Below, in pieces: positions 9,826-20,792 of a stretch of 64,000 bases of DNA. Numbering within the stretch: the stretch's first letter is position 1; every line of letters starts with the position of its first letter. The notes beneath the pieces were generated by a model that was not told where the DNA came from, did no database searches, and saw nothing but the letters and a program-made list of their open reading frames with translations. Source of the stretch: an uncultured Phycisphaerales bacterium (GTDB lineage: Bacteria > Planctomycetota > Phycisphaerae > Tepidisphaerales > Tepidisphaeraceae). A program made the position numbers and the translations under genes. The stretch spans positions 2,368,001 through 2,432,000 of the forward strand of contig CAVWLP010000002.1 in assembly GCA_963755915.1 (NCBI GenBank). Reading direction: 5' to 3'.

Positions 9826-10170
9826 TTAATGGGCGGGGGCGCGCAGATGGATGATCGTGGGGGCGCCCGTCGCGGGTTCGATGCGGAGGTGGACGTCGCC
9901 GTTGTGGTCGGTTACCTCGCGGATGTTGAGGGGCAGGTGGATCATGTGATCGAGGTGAGGATTGTCTATACCGCCGGCGCTGATTTGCACGGTGGAGGGG
10001 CGTGTGCCCTTGGTGTCGAAGCTGATGCCGTGGAAGGCGAGGCAGGCGGCGAGGCTTTTCTCGCCGAAGCTTTCCTGGATTTCGATGTTGGCGGTCCAGC
10101 CCTCGTGATCGCGGCTGAACTGAGAGAAGAATGCGGACCACTGTTCGGGCGGGATGGTTTGGTTCTGCAT
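9826..10170 (-). CDS. DUF5335-like small protein
   Basis: MQNQTIPPEQWSAFFSQFSRDHEGW...FHGISFD...LDHMI pattern; it is the C-terminal part of a longer spurious ORF. Confidence 0.6.
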   Translation of the reverse strand: MQNQTIPPEQWSAFFSQFSRDHEGWTANIEIQESFGEKSLAACLAFHGISFDTKGTRPSTVQISAGGIDNPHLDHMIHLPLNIREVTDHNGDVHLRIEPATGAPTIIHLRAPAH

Positions 10171-10287
10171 GATGCGCCTCTGAAAATACCGTAGCGCGCG
10201 AGAGGATGAAGACGAGGGAAAAATCGGGGATGGTGGGAAAAAATGTCGCATTCGGTGCGCAAGTAGTTGGCGTATATGATCCGCCAC

Positions 10288-11643
10288 ATGAAATCGCAGG
10301 GCGACCATATTGAAGTGATGGCGGGGATCGCGTCGGACGAGGACCGGCTTCCGAATCGGCCGCTGCAATGGCTGGCGCTGATGGTGATCGCGGCGTTTGT
10401 GGGGGCGGTGACGGGGCTGGTGGGGGTGGCGTTTCGGATATCGCTGATGTGGGCGGATTATCGGCGCAATCAGATGATCGCGTTTGCACATGCGCATTTT
10501 CCAGGATGGATCGGGTGGGTTTTGCCGGTGGGTTGCTGCGCGGTGGGGGCGGGATTGGCTTTGTGGCTGACGCAGCGGCTGGCGCCGCAGACGGCAGGGA
10601 GCGGGATTCCGCGGGTGGAGTCGGTGGTGCGGAATCATTTGAAGCCGGCGAACCTGGAGATTCTGCCGGTGAAATTTTTCGGCGGGATCCTGGGGATTGG
10701 AAGCGGGCTGGCGCTGGGGCGCGAGGGGCCGACGGTGCAGATGGGGGGGACGGTCGGGCGATTGACGGCGGATGGGCTGAAGAAGATTGTGCCGGAGCCC
10801 TGGACGTTTATCGCGGCGGGGGCGGGTGCGGGATTGGCGGTGGCGTTTAACGCGCCGCTGGCGGCGGTGCTGTTTGTGGTGGAGGAGCTGCTGCATCGGT
10901 TTTCGACGCGGGTTTTCAGCGCGACGCTGGTGGCGTGCGTGACGGGGACGGTGGTGCTGCGGCATTTTCTGGGGAACGTGACGGATTTTGGGGCGCCGGT
11001 GATGGGCGAGATGCCCTCGAGAGTTTTGCCGCAGTATCTGCTGCTGGGGCTTGTGGCGGGGTTGGTGGGCGTTGCGTACAACCGCGGGCTGCTGCTGTCG
11101 ATGGATATTTTGGGCGGCGCGCAATTGGCCGCGCGGCACGAAGGCGGCGGTGGTGGGGGCGGGGGCGGGGCTGCTGGGTATTTTTCGCCGGGGTTGGTGG
11201 GTGGGGGGGAGAATATTGGGGAGCTTGCGATCACGGGGCACATTTTTCTCTGGACGGCCATCTGGATTTTTGCGGTGCGGTTTGTGCTGGCAATGTTTTC
11301 ATATGGGTCGGGGGCGCCGGGCGGGGTTTTCGCGCCGCTGCTGGCGATAGGGGCGGTCTTGGGGCATATTTTTGTTGGGGGTTGGGTTTTGATGGGCGGG
11401 AAAATTGGGGAGCCGGCGGCGTTTGCGATTGTTTCGATGGCGGCGCTTTTCACGGCGACGATTCGCTCGCCGCTGACGGGAGTGGTGTTGCTCCTGGAGA
11501 TGACGGGGAGCTGGACGCTGATTCTGCCGATGATGGCGGCGTGTTTGCCTGCGTATGCGGTGCCGGAGCTGCTGGGAAATCTGCCGCTTTATGATTCGCT
11601 GCGGGAGCGGGATGAGAAAGTGGAGGGCGCGGAGCGGCAGTGA
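10288..11643 (+). CDS. clcA: ClC family H+/Cl- antiporter
   Basis: GSGIP, GREGP (gating Glu), FNAPL, VEEL and GGVFAP signature motifs. Confidence 0.9.
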   Translation: MKSQGDHIEVMAGIASDEDRLPNRPLQWLALMVIAAFVGAVTGLVGVAFRISLMWADYRRNQMIAFAHAHFPGWIGWVLPVGCCAVGAGLALWLTQRLAPQTAGSGIPRVESVVRNHLKPANLEILPVKFFGGILGIGSGLALGREGPTVQMGGTVGRLTADGLKKIVPEPWTFIAAGAGAGLAVAFNAPLAAVLFVVEELLHRFSTRVFSATLVACVTGTVVLRHFLGNVTDFGAPVMGEMPSRVLPQYLLLGLVAGLVGVAYNRGLLLSMDILGGAQLAARHEGGGGGGGGGAAGYFSPGLVGGGENIGELAITGHIFLWTAIWIFAVRFVLAMFSYGSGAPGGVFAPLLAIGAVLGHIFVGGWVLMGGKIGEPAAFAIVSMAALFTATIRSPLTGVVLLLEMTGSWTLILPMMAACLPAYAVPELLGNLPLYDSLRERDEKVEGAERQ

Positions 11644-11649
11644 GGGGAA

Positions 11650-12418
11650 TTATTCGGAGGCGGAGATGGGGATGGGCGTTCCCTGGGGTTGGGGTTGGCG
11701 GGAGTCGGAATCTGTCGAGAGGTTTCGGGGGTGCCACTCGAGACTTTCGGTGCCGGGGTTTGCGGCGAGTTGCGCGACGAAGTCGGGAGGGTGGGTTTCG
11801 GTGGGGAGTTGGTGGCGCTGGACCTCAGCAATGATTTTACGGCGGCCGGTGGGATTGAAATAGGTGATTCCCCAGGAGATGACGCGGCAATGGGATTGGG
11901 CGATGGAGTCGCGCAGTTGCTGGTCGGTGGGACCGGTTTTGGAGAGCGTGATTGTGAGGGTTGCGCGTCTCTTCTTTTAAGGCCTGCTCGAAATGTTTGA
12001 GACCCCAGAGAGTGGCCAAACCCAGGGTGAGGGCGGCGATGCCGAGGGCGATCTGGCCACCGCCGAAACAAAGGCCCATGACGGTGGTGAACCAGAGTGT
12101 GGCGGCGGTGGTGATGCCGAGGACAAGGGTGCCTTTGCGGAGGATGGCGCCGGCGCCGATGAACCCCATGCCGGAGAGGATGCCGAGGGGGAGGCGCATG
12201 AGGTCGAGAACGACGAAGGAGTTGGAGGTTTTGCCGACAGAATTCATGAGGAGGTTGGCCTGGATCATGGAGATGGAGGCGGCGAGGCAGACGAGGAGAG
12301 TGGTTCGCATGCCGGCGGGGCGACCGTGCTCTCCGCGGTTGAAGCCGATGATAAGCCCGGCGATGACCGTGAGAAGCAATCGGAGGGAGACCTGTTGCCA
12401 GGAAAGGGTTACGGGCAT
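11650..12418 (-). CDS. MgtC/SapB family membrane protein (frameshift near 11965)
   Basis: PAGMRTTLLV, GILSGMGFIGAGAI and GITTAATLW motifs; 3' end approximate. Confidence 0.85.
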
Positions 12419-12511
12419 AGAGCAGGGTCGAATATATCAGCGAGCTGTGCGGGTGGGAGGGCGGGAAATTCTCAGTTGTTTGGGGATGTGGAGGGGTACT
12501 ACGATTCAAGC

Positions 12512-13660
12512 ATGTTTGGAAAATCTTATCGCTTGCCGGGTACGTTGCTGGGAATTCCGGTTTATGTGGATCTATCGTTCATCCTGATTTTGCCGCTGCT
12601 GGCGTGGATCATTGGGAGCCAGGTGGGGTATTTCGCGAAGATGTTTGGGATATCGATGGATGCGTCGCTGACGAGCGGGGCGATGCCGTATGTGCTGGGG
12701 CTGGTGGCGGCGTTGGGATTGTTTGTAAGCGTGGTGGTTCACGAGTTGGGACATGCGGTGACGGCGCGGGGGTATGACGTGAAGGTGACGCGGATCACGC
12801 TGTGGTTTCTGGGGGGCGTGGCGCAGTTTGAAGAGATGCCGAAGCAGCGCGGGGCGGAGGCGGTGGTGGCGATTGTGGGGCCGATGGTGAGCCTGGCGAT
12901 CGCGGTGGTTTGCTGGGGGATTTTGCGGGCGACGGCCGGCGCGGGGGCGGGGGTGCATTTTGTGCTGGCGTATCTGGTGTACATGAACGTGGTGCTGGCG
13001 ATATTCAATCTGATACCGGCGTTGCCGCTGGATGGGGGGAGGGTTTTGCGGTCGGTGCTGGCTCTGGGGATGCCGCAGGCGCGGGCGACGGAGATCACGG
13101 CGGGGATCAGCAAATTTCTGGCGATTCTGATGGGGGTATTCGGGTTGTTCAGCCTGAACTTTTTTCTGCTGCTGGTCGCGATATTTATTTATATGGCGGT
13201 GAGCGCAGAGACGCGGACGGGGCAGTTGGAAGATTTGTTGCGCGGGGCGCTGGTGAAGGACCTCATGAATCCGGACGTGCATACGGTTCCACCGGACCTG
13301 AATGTTTCGGAGCTTGAGCAGCGGATGTTTCGGGAGCATCACCTGGGGTTTCCGGTGATCGATGCCGGCGGGAATTTGCTGGGGATGGTGACGCTACACG
13401 ATGTGGAGGGGAGGGATCCGACGACGCTGGTGAGGGAGGTGATGACGCCGGACCCGCCGACGTTGCCGGAGAAGGCGACGGCGGTGGAGGCGCTGCATTT
13501 GATGAGCCGAAACGGGTTTGGAAAAGTGATCGCGACGCGAGAGGGGGGGAGGATGAGCGGGATAATTACGAAGAAGGATTTGATGCGATTGATTCAGCTT
13601 CGGCTGGCGGGGTGGGGCATTTCGCAGCCACCGGCGTATGCGGGAGCTGATCGCCTATAA
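12512..13660 (+). CDS. Site-2 protease (M50) with C-terminal CBS pair
   Basis: HELGH and NLIPALPLDGG motifs; CBS repeats VKDLM...GFPV...VREVM. Confidence 0.92.
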   Translation: MFGKSYRLPGTLLGIPVYVDLSFILILPLLAWIIGSQVGYFAKMFGISMDASLTSGAMPYVLGLVAALGLFVSVVVHELGHAVTARGYDVKVTRITLWFLGGVAQFEEMPKQRGAEAVVAIVGPMVSLAIAVVCWGILRATAGAGAGVHFVLAYLVYMNVVLAIFNLIPALPLDGGRVLRSVLALGMPQARATEITAGISKFLAILMGVFGLFSLNFFLLLVAIFIYMAVSAETRTGQLEDLLRGALVKDLMNPDVHTVPPDLNVSELEQRMFREHHLGFPVIDAGGNLLGMVTLHDVEGRDPTTLVREVMTPDPPTLPEKATAVEALHLMSRNGFGKVIATREGGRMSGIITKKDLMRLIQLRLAGWGISQPPAYAGADRL

Positions 13661-13700
13661 TCGGGATTGATCGCGCTACGTGCGATTGTGGTCAATCACG

Positions 13701-14714
13701 ATGGCATCTGATCCACTCATCATAAACACCGCATCGGGGCTTTATTGTCCGGTCGGGGATTTTTATATCGATGCCTGGCGTCCGGTGGGGAAGACGATCG
13801 TAACGCATGCGCATTCGGATCATGTGCGCATCGGGTCGGAGAAATATCTGACGGTCATTGATGGGGTGAATGTGCTGCGAAGGCGGCTGGGGGAAGGGGC
13901 GGTCATTGATTCGGTGGAGTATGGAGAAACTCTCGAGATCGGCGGGGTGCGGGTTTCGCTGCATCCGGCGGGGCATGTGCTGGGGTCGGCGCAGGTGAGG
14001 CTGGAATATGGCGGGGAGGTTTGGGTTTTTACGGGGGATTACAAGCGGCAGAGCGATCCGACTTGCCGGGGGTTTGAAGTTGTCCGGTGCGACACGCTGA
14101 TCACGGAGTGCACGTTTGGGCTGCCGATTTTTCGGTGGGGGGATGCGGGAGCCGTTATCGGCGAGATCAATCAGTGGTGGCGGGAGAATCAGGAACTGGG
14201 GCGAACGAGTGTTCTCATTGCATATTGCCTGGGGAAGGCGCAGCGGGTTTTGGCGCAATTGAATCCGGAAATCGGGCCGATTTTGCTGCATGGGGCGATG
14301 CTGGGGATGGTGGAGGCGTACCGGGAGTCGGGGGTTTTGCTGCCGGCGACGGAACATGCCTCGGCGGAGAATGCCAAGAAATTCAAAGGGAAGGCGATGG
14401 TGCTGGCGCCGCAATCGGCGCTGAGCACGACCTGGGTTCGGAAGTTTGCGCCGTTTTCGGATGGGATCGCGTCGGGGTGGATGCAGGTGCGAGGGTTTCG
14501 AAGGCGCAGGAGCGCGGATCGGGGGTTTGTGCTTTCGGATCATGTTGATTGGCCAGGGTTGATGCAGACGATTGAAGAGACGGGAGCAAAGCGGGTGATC
14601 GCGACGCATGGATACACGGGGCCGGTGGTGAGGTATTTGAACGAGCGGGGAATGGATGCCGCCGCATTTGAAACGCGATTCAGGGACGAGGGCGAGGAAG
14701 AAGAAGCGGTTTAG
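13701..14714 (+). CDS. Ligase-associated DNA damage response exonuclease (MBL/beta-CASP)
   Basis: THAHSDH, AGHVLGSAQ, TGDYK, ECTFGLP and LSDHVDW motifs; gene context. Confidence 0.92.
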   Translation: MASDPLIINTASGLYCPVGDFYIDAWRPVGKTIVTHAHSDHVRIGSEKYLTVIDGVNVLRRRLGEGAVIDSVEYGETLEIGGVRVSLHPAGHVLGSAQVRLEYGGEVWVFTGDYKRQSDPTCRGFEVVRCDTLITECTFGLPIFRWGDAGAVIGEINQWWRENQELGRTSVLIAYCLGKAQRVLAQLNPEIGPILLHGAMLGMVEAYRESGVLLPATEHASAENAKKFKGKAMVLAPQSALSTTWVRKFAPFSDGIASGWMQVRGFRRRRSADRGFVLSDHVDWPGLMQTIEETGAKRVIATHGYTGPVVRYLNERGMDAAAFETRFRDEGEEEEAV

Positions 14715-14719
14715 GGCAC

Positions 14720-16350
14720 ATGCGGCGGTTTACGGAATTGTTTTTGGAGCTGGATCGGACGACGCGCACGAGCGAGAAGCTGGCGGCGCTGCGGCGGTAT
14801 TTTCTTGAAGCGCCGCCGGCGGATGCGGTGTGGGCGGTTTATCTGATGACGGGAAGGAAAATCGGGCGGACGGTTTCGTTTCGGCTGCTGCGGGACTGGG
14901 TGGCGGAAATTTCGGGGTATCCGAAATGGCTGGTGGATGAGTGTTATACGCTGGTGGGAGATCTTTCGGAGACGCTGTCGCTGCTGCTGGCGGGGAGATC
15001 GGATGGGGCGGAAGCGCCGGGGCTGCATGAACTGATCGAGGGGACGCTGAAGCCGCTGGGGATGATGAGCATTTCACAGCAGCGGGAGGCGATTGTGCGG
15101 ACTTGGGGAAGATTGAACGGTGCGCAGACGCTGGTGTTTCATAAGCTTTTGAGCCGGGAGTTTCGGATTGGAGTTTCGCGGCAACTGGTGGTTCGGGCGA
15201 TGGCGGATGCAGCGGGGGTGGATGCACAAGTGATGGCGCATCGGCTGGCGGGAAACTGGACGCCGGATGAGGCGACGATGCGGAAGCTGCTTGCGCCACA
15301 AACCGAGGATTCGCGGGAAAAGCGCGAGGGGACTTTGCCATATCCGTTTATGCTGGCGCAGCCGCTGGGGGAAGAGGTTTCGACGCTGGGGGAGATCGGC
15401 GAGTGGATGCTGGAATGGAAGTGGGACGGGATTCGGGGCAGATCGTCCGGCGGGATGGGCAGACGGCGATCTGGTCGCGCGGGGATGAGCTGGTGAGCGG
15501 GGCGTTTCCGGATATCGTGCATGAGGCTGCGGCGCTGGCGGAGGGGACGGTGCTGGATGGGGAGATCGTGGCGTTTGACGAGTCGGCGGGAAGGCCGATG
15601 GCGTTTGCGAAATTGCAGCCGCGGATTAATCGGAAGAATGTGGAGATGAGTTTTTGGCCGGAAGTGCCGGTTGTGTTTATTGCGTTCGATCTTTTGGAAA
15701 TTGAGGGGCGGGATGTTCGGGGGGAAACGCTGGAGAGTCGGAGGGGGCGATTGGTCGAGGTGATAGGGAGATTCGCGGCCGGGTCGATTGTTCGGATTTC
15801 GGAGCCGGTGAATTGTGCGAGCTGGGAAGATGCCCGGCAGTCGCTTGGGCAATCGCGCGAGCGCGGGGTTGAGGGATTGATGATCAAGCGGCGGTCGTCG
15901 GTGTATCAGGCGGGGCGGCCGACGGGTTTGTGGTGGAAGCTGAAGGTTCAGCCGTACACGGTGGATTGCGTGCTGATCGCGGCGCAGTCGGGGCATGGAA
16001 GGCGTGCGGGGCTGCTGACGGATTATACGTTTGGGGTTTGGGATGAGGGGGGGAAAGAGTTGGTGCCGGTGGCGAAGGCTTATTCGGGGTTGACCGATGA
16101 GGAGATCGCGGAAGTGGACCGGTGGGTGAGGCGGCACACGATCGAGCGATATGGGCCGGTGCATGTGGTGCAGCCGCTGCGGGTTTTTGAGCTGGGGTTT
16201 GAGGCGATTCAGGCTTCGGGGCGGCATAAATCGGGGATTGCGGTGAGGTTTCCGCGAATGCTGCGGGAGCGGACGGATAAGAAGGTGGCGGATGCGGATA
16301 CGTTGCAGTCGCTTCGGCAACTTCTGGCGAAGACCAAGGCGCGATCGTGA
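14720..16350 (+). CDS. ATP-dependent DNA ligase (frameshift near 15435)
   Basis: EWKWDGIR adenylation motif, LDGEI, EGLMIK, WWKLK, KAYSG and AVRFPR across two frames. Confidence 0.92.
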
Positions 16351-18927
16351 AACAGTCGGCGGGACGAGAGCGCGTGGAGAAATGGTTTGCGGGGAAGGGG
16401 ATTGAGCCGTTTGCGTTTCAGGCGCGGCTTGGGAGGCATATGTGGCGGGGAAGAATGGGTTGATTAAGGCGCCGACGGGGATGGGGAAGACGCTGGCGGG
16501 GGGGTTGGGGATGGTGATTGAGCATTTTGACCTTAGCGAGCGACGGCCCCCTCCCCAACCCTCCCCCGGAGTACCGGGAGCGGGGGAAAAAAAAGAGGGG
16601 GAAAGAGGGGCAAAGAAGGCGCGGGGGCGGGGGTTGCGGATGATTTGGATTACGCCGTTGCGGGCGCTGGCGGCGGATACTGTGAAATCTTTAACCAGCG
16701 CGTTTGAGGAATTGGAATTGAACTGGAGCGTGGAGCTGCGGACATCCGATACGAGCGCGGCGATGCGGAAGAAGCAGAGGGAGCGGCTGCCGACTGTGCT
16801 GGTGACGACGCCGGAGAGTATGTCGGTGTTGCTGTCGTATCCGGATTCGGACGAGCGGTTTGATTTGCTCGAAGCGGTGGTGGTGGATGAGTGGCACGAA
16901 TTGCTGGGGAGCAAGCGCGGGGTGCAGACGGAATTGGTGGTGGCGAGACTGCGGGGAATTCGGCCGGGGATTCGGGTTTGGGGAATTGGGGCGACGCTGG
17001 GGAATATCGAGCAGGCGTGTGCGGCGCTGGTGGGGCCCGAGGGTGTGGGGGGCATGGAGATTGTGCGGGGGCCGGATGAGAAGAGGATTTCGCTGGTGAG
17101 CGCACTGCCGGAAACGGTGGAGCGGTTTCCGTGGGCGAGGCACCTGGGGCTGAAGATGACGGAGGCGGTGGCGCGGCGAATTGAGGTGGCCGGGACGACG
17201 CTGGTCTTTACCAACACGCGGTCGCAGACGGAGCTTTGGTTTCGGGCGCTGCTGGAGATTCGGCCGAAATGGATCGGGAATATTGCGGTGCATCATGGGT
17301 CGATCGACCGGAAAATCCGGGGGCGCATCGAGCAGATGCTGCGAGAGGGGACGCTGCAATGTGTGGTGTGTACGTCGAGCCTGGATTTGGGGGTGGATTT
17401 TTGGCCGGTGGATCAGGTGATTCAGATCGGCAGCCCCAAGAGCATTGCGCGGACGATTCAGCGGGCGGGGAGGTCGGGGCATCGGCCGGGGGCGGAGAGC
17501 AGGATCGTCTGCGTGCCGACGCAGGCGATTGAGATTGTGGAATTTTCCGCGGCGCGCTATGCGATCGAGCGGAGGCAGATCGAGCCGAGGGAGCCGGTGA
17601 CGATGGCGCTGGATGTGCTGGCGCAGCATTTGGTGACGATCGCGGCGGGGAATGGATTTGATGAGGCGCAGATGCTTCGCGAAGTGCGGGCGACGAATGC
17701 GTTTGCGGGGATGACGGACGAGAATTGGCAATGGGTGATGGATTTCGTGAAGCGCGGCGGGCCGAGCCTGACGGCTTATCCGCGGTTTGCGCGGGTGGTG
17801 CAGGGTGAGGGGGGAAATGGGTGGCGGCTTCTGAGTCGCTGGCGCGGATGCACCGGATGAATATCGGGACGATCGCATCGGATGGGGCGGTGATTGTGCA
17901 GTTTGTTGGCGGGAAGAGGTTGGGGGCTGTCGAAGAATCGTTTGCGGCAAAGCTGAAGGCGGGGGATGTGTTTACGTTCGCGGGGAGGTCGCTGGAGTTT
18001 GTGCGGATGCACGAGATGACGGCGCAGGTGCGGACGGCGAAGAAAAAGAAGAGCATGGTGCCGAGGTGGATGGGGGCACGGCTGCCGATGTCGAGCAGCC
18101 TGGCGGAGGCGATGCGATTGAGGCTCGACGAAGCGGCCCAGGGGATTTTTGCGGATGAGGAGATGCAGCGGGTGCGGGCGGTGCTGGAACTTCAGGGACG
18201 TTGGTCGCGGCTTCCGCGGCTGGGGGAAGTGGTGATCGAAAATACGAAGATGCGCGGGAACCATCACGAATACCTCTTTTTCTTTCAGGGCCGGCTGGTG
18301 CATGAGGGGATCGCCGCGGTGGTTTCGTACCCGCTGGCGCGGCGGGGGATTTCGCCGGTGACGGCGACGTTTAACGATTATGGAATCGAGCTGATGTCGC
18401 CGATGGCGATGGCCGGGGATGAGAAGACTTGGCGGGAGCTGCTGACGACGGAGAATCTGATCGAGGATGTGTTGGCGTGCGTGAACGGCAGCGAACTGGC
18501 GCGGCGGCATTTTCGGGAGATCGCGCATATCGCGGGGCTGCTGAATCCGGCGCGGCCGGGCGGAAAACGCGGGGTGCGGCAGCTTCAGGCGTCGAGTGCC
18601 TTGTTTTACGACGTCTTTGTGGAGTTCGATCCGGGGAACCTTTTGCTCGATCAGGCGCGGCGGGAGGTGCTGGCGCAGCAACTGGAATTTGCCCGGCTGC
18701 GAGCGGCGCTGGAGCATTTGGCGGAGCAGAAGATTGTGATGGTGCACACGGAGAGGCTCTCGCCGCTGGCGTTTCCGCTCTGGGCGGAGGGGATTGGGTC
18801 GCAGCAATTGAGATATGAGAAGAATGTCGATCGGATCGAGCGATTGGCGCGGCAACTGGAAGAGGCGGCGGCGAAGGAGAATTTTTCGTCCAATCCCGCG
18901 GCAAATGATAAAATCGAGGCGCGATGA
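16347..18927 (+). CDS. Ligase-associated Lhr-like DEXH box helicase (frameshifts near 16400-16430 and 17815)
   Basis: APTGMGKT, DEWH, HHGSI, SSLDLGVD and QRAGRSGH; C-terminal half in the 17821-18927 frame. Confidence 0.9.
16547..16587. repeat. CCCTCCCC..GGGGAGGG repeat inserted in frame in the helicase
   Basis: ccccctccccaaccctcccccggagtaccgggagcgggg matches the intergenic copies at 44813 and 45971. Confidence 0.7.
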
Positions 18928-19523
18928 GGTGGATGCTGGCGATCATTTGCTTGCCGTTTCTGATTATCTCGGGGGCGCTGCTGGCGCTGAGTTTCCGGAG
19001 CATTATGTACATGGATGTGATTTCCCGGCATGAGAATCAACTCCTGCCGCCAAGGCTGGTGGAGAAGGTCGCGACACTGGAATCGATGGACCGCGAGTTT
19101 TATTTCGCGATTAGGGTCTGGCAATATCCGTCCACGCTGATGAACGCGCCGGGGATGCAAGGTGTGATCGTGCCGCAGACCTACTGGAGATACTTTAGCG
19201 AGTCGCAATCGACACTTCCCGGGTTGCGAAAGAATCGCGGGGCTTGGGATTTCTCGTTTTCGTACCGGGGGGGGAATCCGGTGAGTTCCTGGGATGGACG
19301 ATTTCCGCAGTGGCTGCCGATCGTTTTGACGGGGTTGCCGCCGATGGTGTGGGTTTTTATAATCGGCGATTTATCCGCCAGCGGTGGCGGGCGCTGCGGG
19401 GAATGTGCGAAGTGTGCGGATACGATTTGCGCGACGCCGGATCAGTGCCCGGAATGCGGGACGGTGGGGGCGAAGGAGAATGTTTCGTCCGGTCCCAAGA
19501 CAAATGATAAAATCGAGGCGTGA
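18924..19523 (+). CDS. Membrane protein with C-terminal CxxCGYDLRATPxxCPECG zinc ribbon, copy 1 (frameshifted)
   Basis: Two TM segments; GMCEVCGYDLR and ATPDQCPECG lie in adjacent frames. Confidence 0.8.
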   Translation: MRWMLAIICLPFLIISGALLALSFRSIMYMDVISRHENQLLPPRLVEKVATLESMDREFYFAIRVWQYPSTLMNAPGMQGVIVPQTYWRYFSESQSTLPGLRKNRGAWDFSFSYRGGNPVSSWDGRFPQWLPIVLTGLPPMVWVFIIGDLSASGGGRCGECAKCADTICATPDQCPECGTVGAKENVSSGPKTNDKIEA

Positions 19524-20091
19524 TGAGGTGGATCCTGGCGATCATTTGCTTGCCGTTTCTGATTGTTTCGGGGGCGCTGCTGGCGCTGAGTTTCCGAAGC
19601 ATCATGTACAGTGATGTGATTTACAGGCATCAGAATCTACTCCAGCCGCCGAGGCTGATGGAGAAGGTCGCGCAACTGGAATCGATGGACCGCGAGTTTT
19701 ATTTCACGATTGAGGTCTGGCAATATCCGCCCGCGCTGATGAACGCGCCGGGGATGCAAAGTGCCGCGGCGCAGCAGACCTTCTGGCGATACTTTGGCGA
19801 GTCGCATTCATATGCTCCCGGTTGGCGAAGGAATCGCGGGGCTTTGGATTTCTCGTTCTCTTACCGCGGAAATCCGGTGAGTTCATGGGAGGTACGATTT
19901 CCGCAGTGGCTGCCGATCGTTTTGACGGGCCTGCCGCCGATGGTCTGGATTTTTTACAATCGGCGATATCTTCGCCGGCAATGGCGGGTGATGCGGGGGC
20001 AGTGGCGGAATGCGGATACGATTTGCGGGCGACGCCGGAGCGGTGTCCGGAATGTGGGACGGTGGCGAGGAAGGAAGCTGTCTCAAGTTGA
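19523..20091 (+). CDS. Membrane protein with C-terminal zinc ribbon, copy 2 (tandem paralogue, frameshifted)
   Basis: Highly similar to copy 1 at an offset of 599 nt; ECGYDLRATPERCPECG in the frame ending at 20091. Confidence 0.8.
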
Positions 20092-20113
20092 AAGACGCGG
20101 TGAAGGTTTCCGG

Positions 20114-20758
20114 GTGCTGGCGATTGATTTCGGCGGGGAGCGGCTGCATCTGCTGCCGCAGCGGGCGGTGTGGTGGGAAGCGCGGCGAACGCTGCTGCTG
20201 GCGGATGTGCATTTTGGAAAGAGCGCCGCGTTCCGCGCGCTGGGTGTGCCGGTGCCGGGAGGGAGCACGGCGCGGGATTTGGCGCGGATCGGGGAATTGA
20301 TCGCAATCACCGGTGCGCGGCGGCTGATTATTCTGGGAGACCTCGTGCATGGACCGGTGGGCGAGAATCTGGAAATGGTGAAGGCGGTTTCCGCCTGGCG
20401 CAAGGAACAGGGGGAGTTGAAGATAATGCTGGTGCGGGGAAATCATGACCGGGCAGTTGGGCCGGCGGTGGATGAGTGGCGGATGGAGGAGGTTGGAGAG
20501 GAGTTCGAGGAGGAGGGGTTTCGGTTTTGTCATGTGCCACCGGAGGGGTGTGAGGGGCCGACGTTTGCCGGGCACGTGCATCCGACGGCGCAGCTTCGGG
20601 ATTTTGATGGATCGGTGGTTTGGGCGCCTTGTTTTGTGGTGGAGGGAAATTGCCTGATCGTGCCGTCGTTTGGGACGTTTACGGGCGGATATCCGGTTTA
20701 TTTAGAGGAATCGCGTCAAATTTTTGTCGTTTCCCGGACGAGGGTCGTAAAAGCTTGA
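20114..20758 (+). CDS. pdeM: Ligase-associated DNA damage response endonuclease (metallophosphoesterase)
   Basis: ADVHFGK, GDLVH, GNHD, GHVHP and PSFGTFTGG motifs; start approximate. Confidence 0.88.
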   Translation: MLAIDFGGERLHLLPQRAVWWEARRTLLLADVHFGKSAAFRALGVPVPGGSTARDLARIGELIAITGARRLIILGDLVHGPVGENLEMVKAVSAWRKEQGELKIMLVRGNHDRAVGPAVDEWRMEEVGEEFEEEGFRFCHVPPEGCEGPTFAGHVHPTAQLRDFDGSVVWAPCFVVEGNCLIVPSFGTFTGGYPVYLEESRQIFVVSRTRVVKA

Positions 20759-20792
20759 ACGGCGCGGGGGTTGTGCTTTAAGTTGGATTAAT

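Noticed and set aside
11110-11180. Poly-glycine tract (EGGGGGGGGG) in ClC
   Set aside because: The alternative frame reads WPRGTKAAVVGAGAGLLG, a normal ClC helix. This is a pair of compensating indels.
11993-12511. Acidic N-terminal extension on the site-2 protease
   Set aside because: It overlaps MgtC on the opposite strand. The natural start MFGKSYRL at 12512 fits the family.
15400-17830. Programmed ribosomal frameshifting in the ligase or helicase
   Set aside because: No slippery heptamer plus downstream structure was seen, and the same indel pattern affects unrelated housekeeping genes.
19520-20758. Apparent 412-aa fusion of a membrane protein to PdeM
   Set aside because: A frameshift near 20000 skips the zinc ribbon, which is in the frame ending at 20091. 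Copy 1 shows the gene is standalone.
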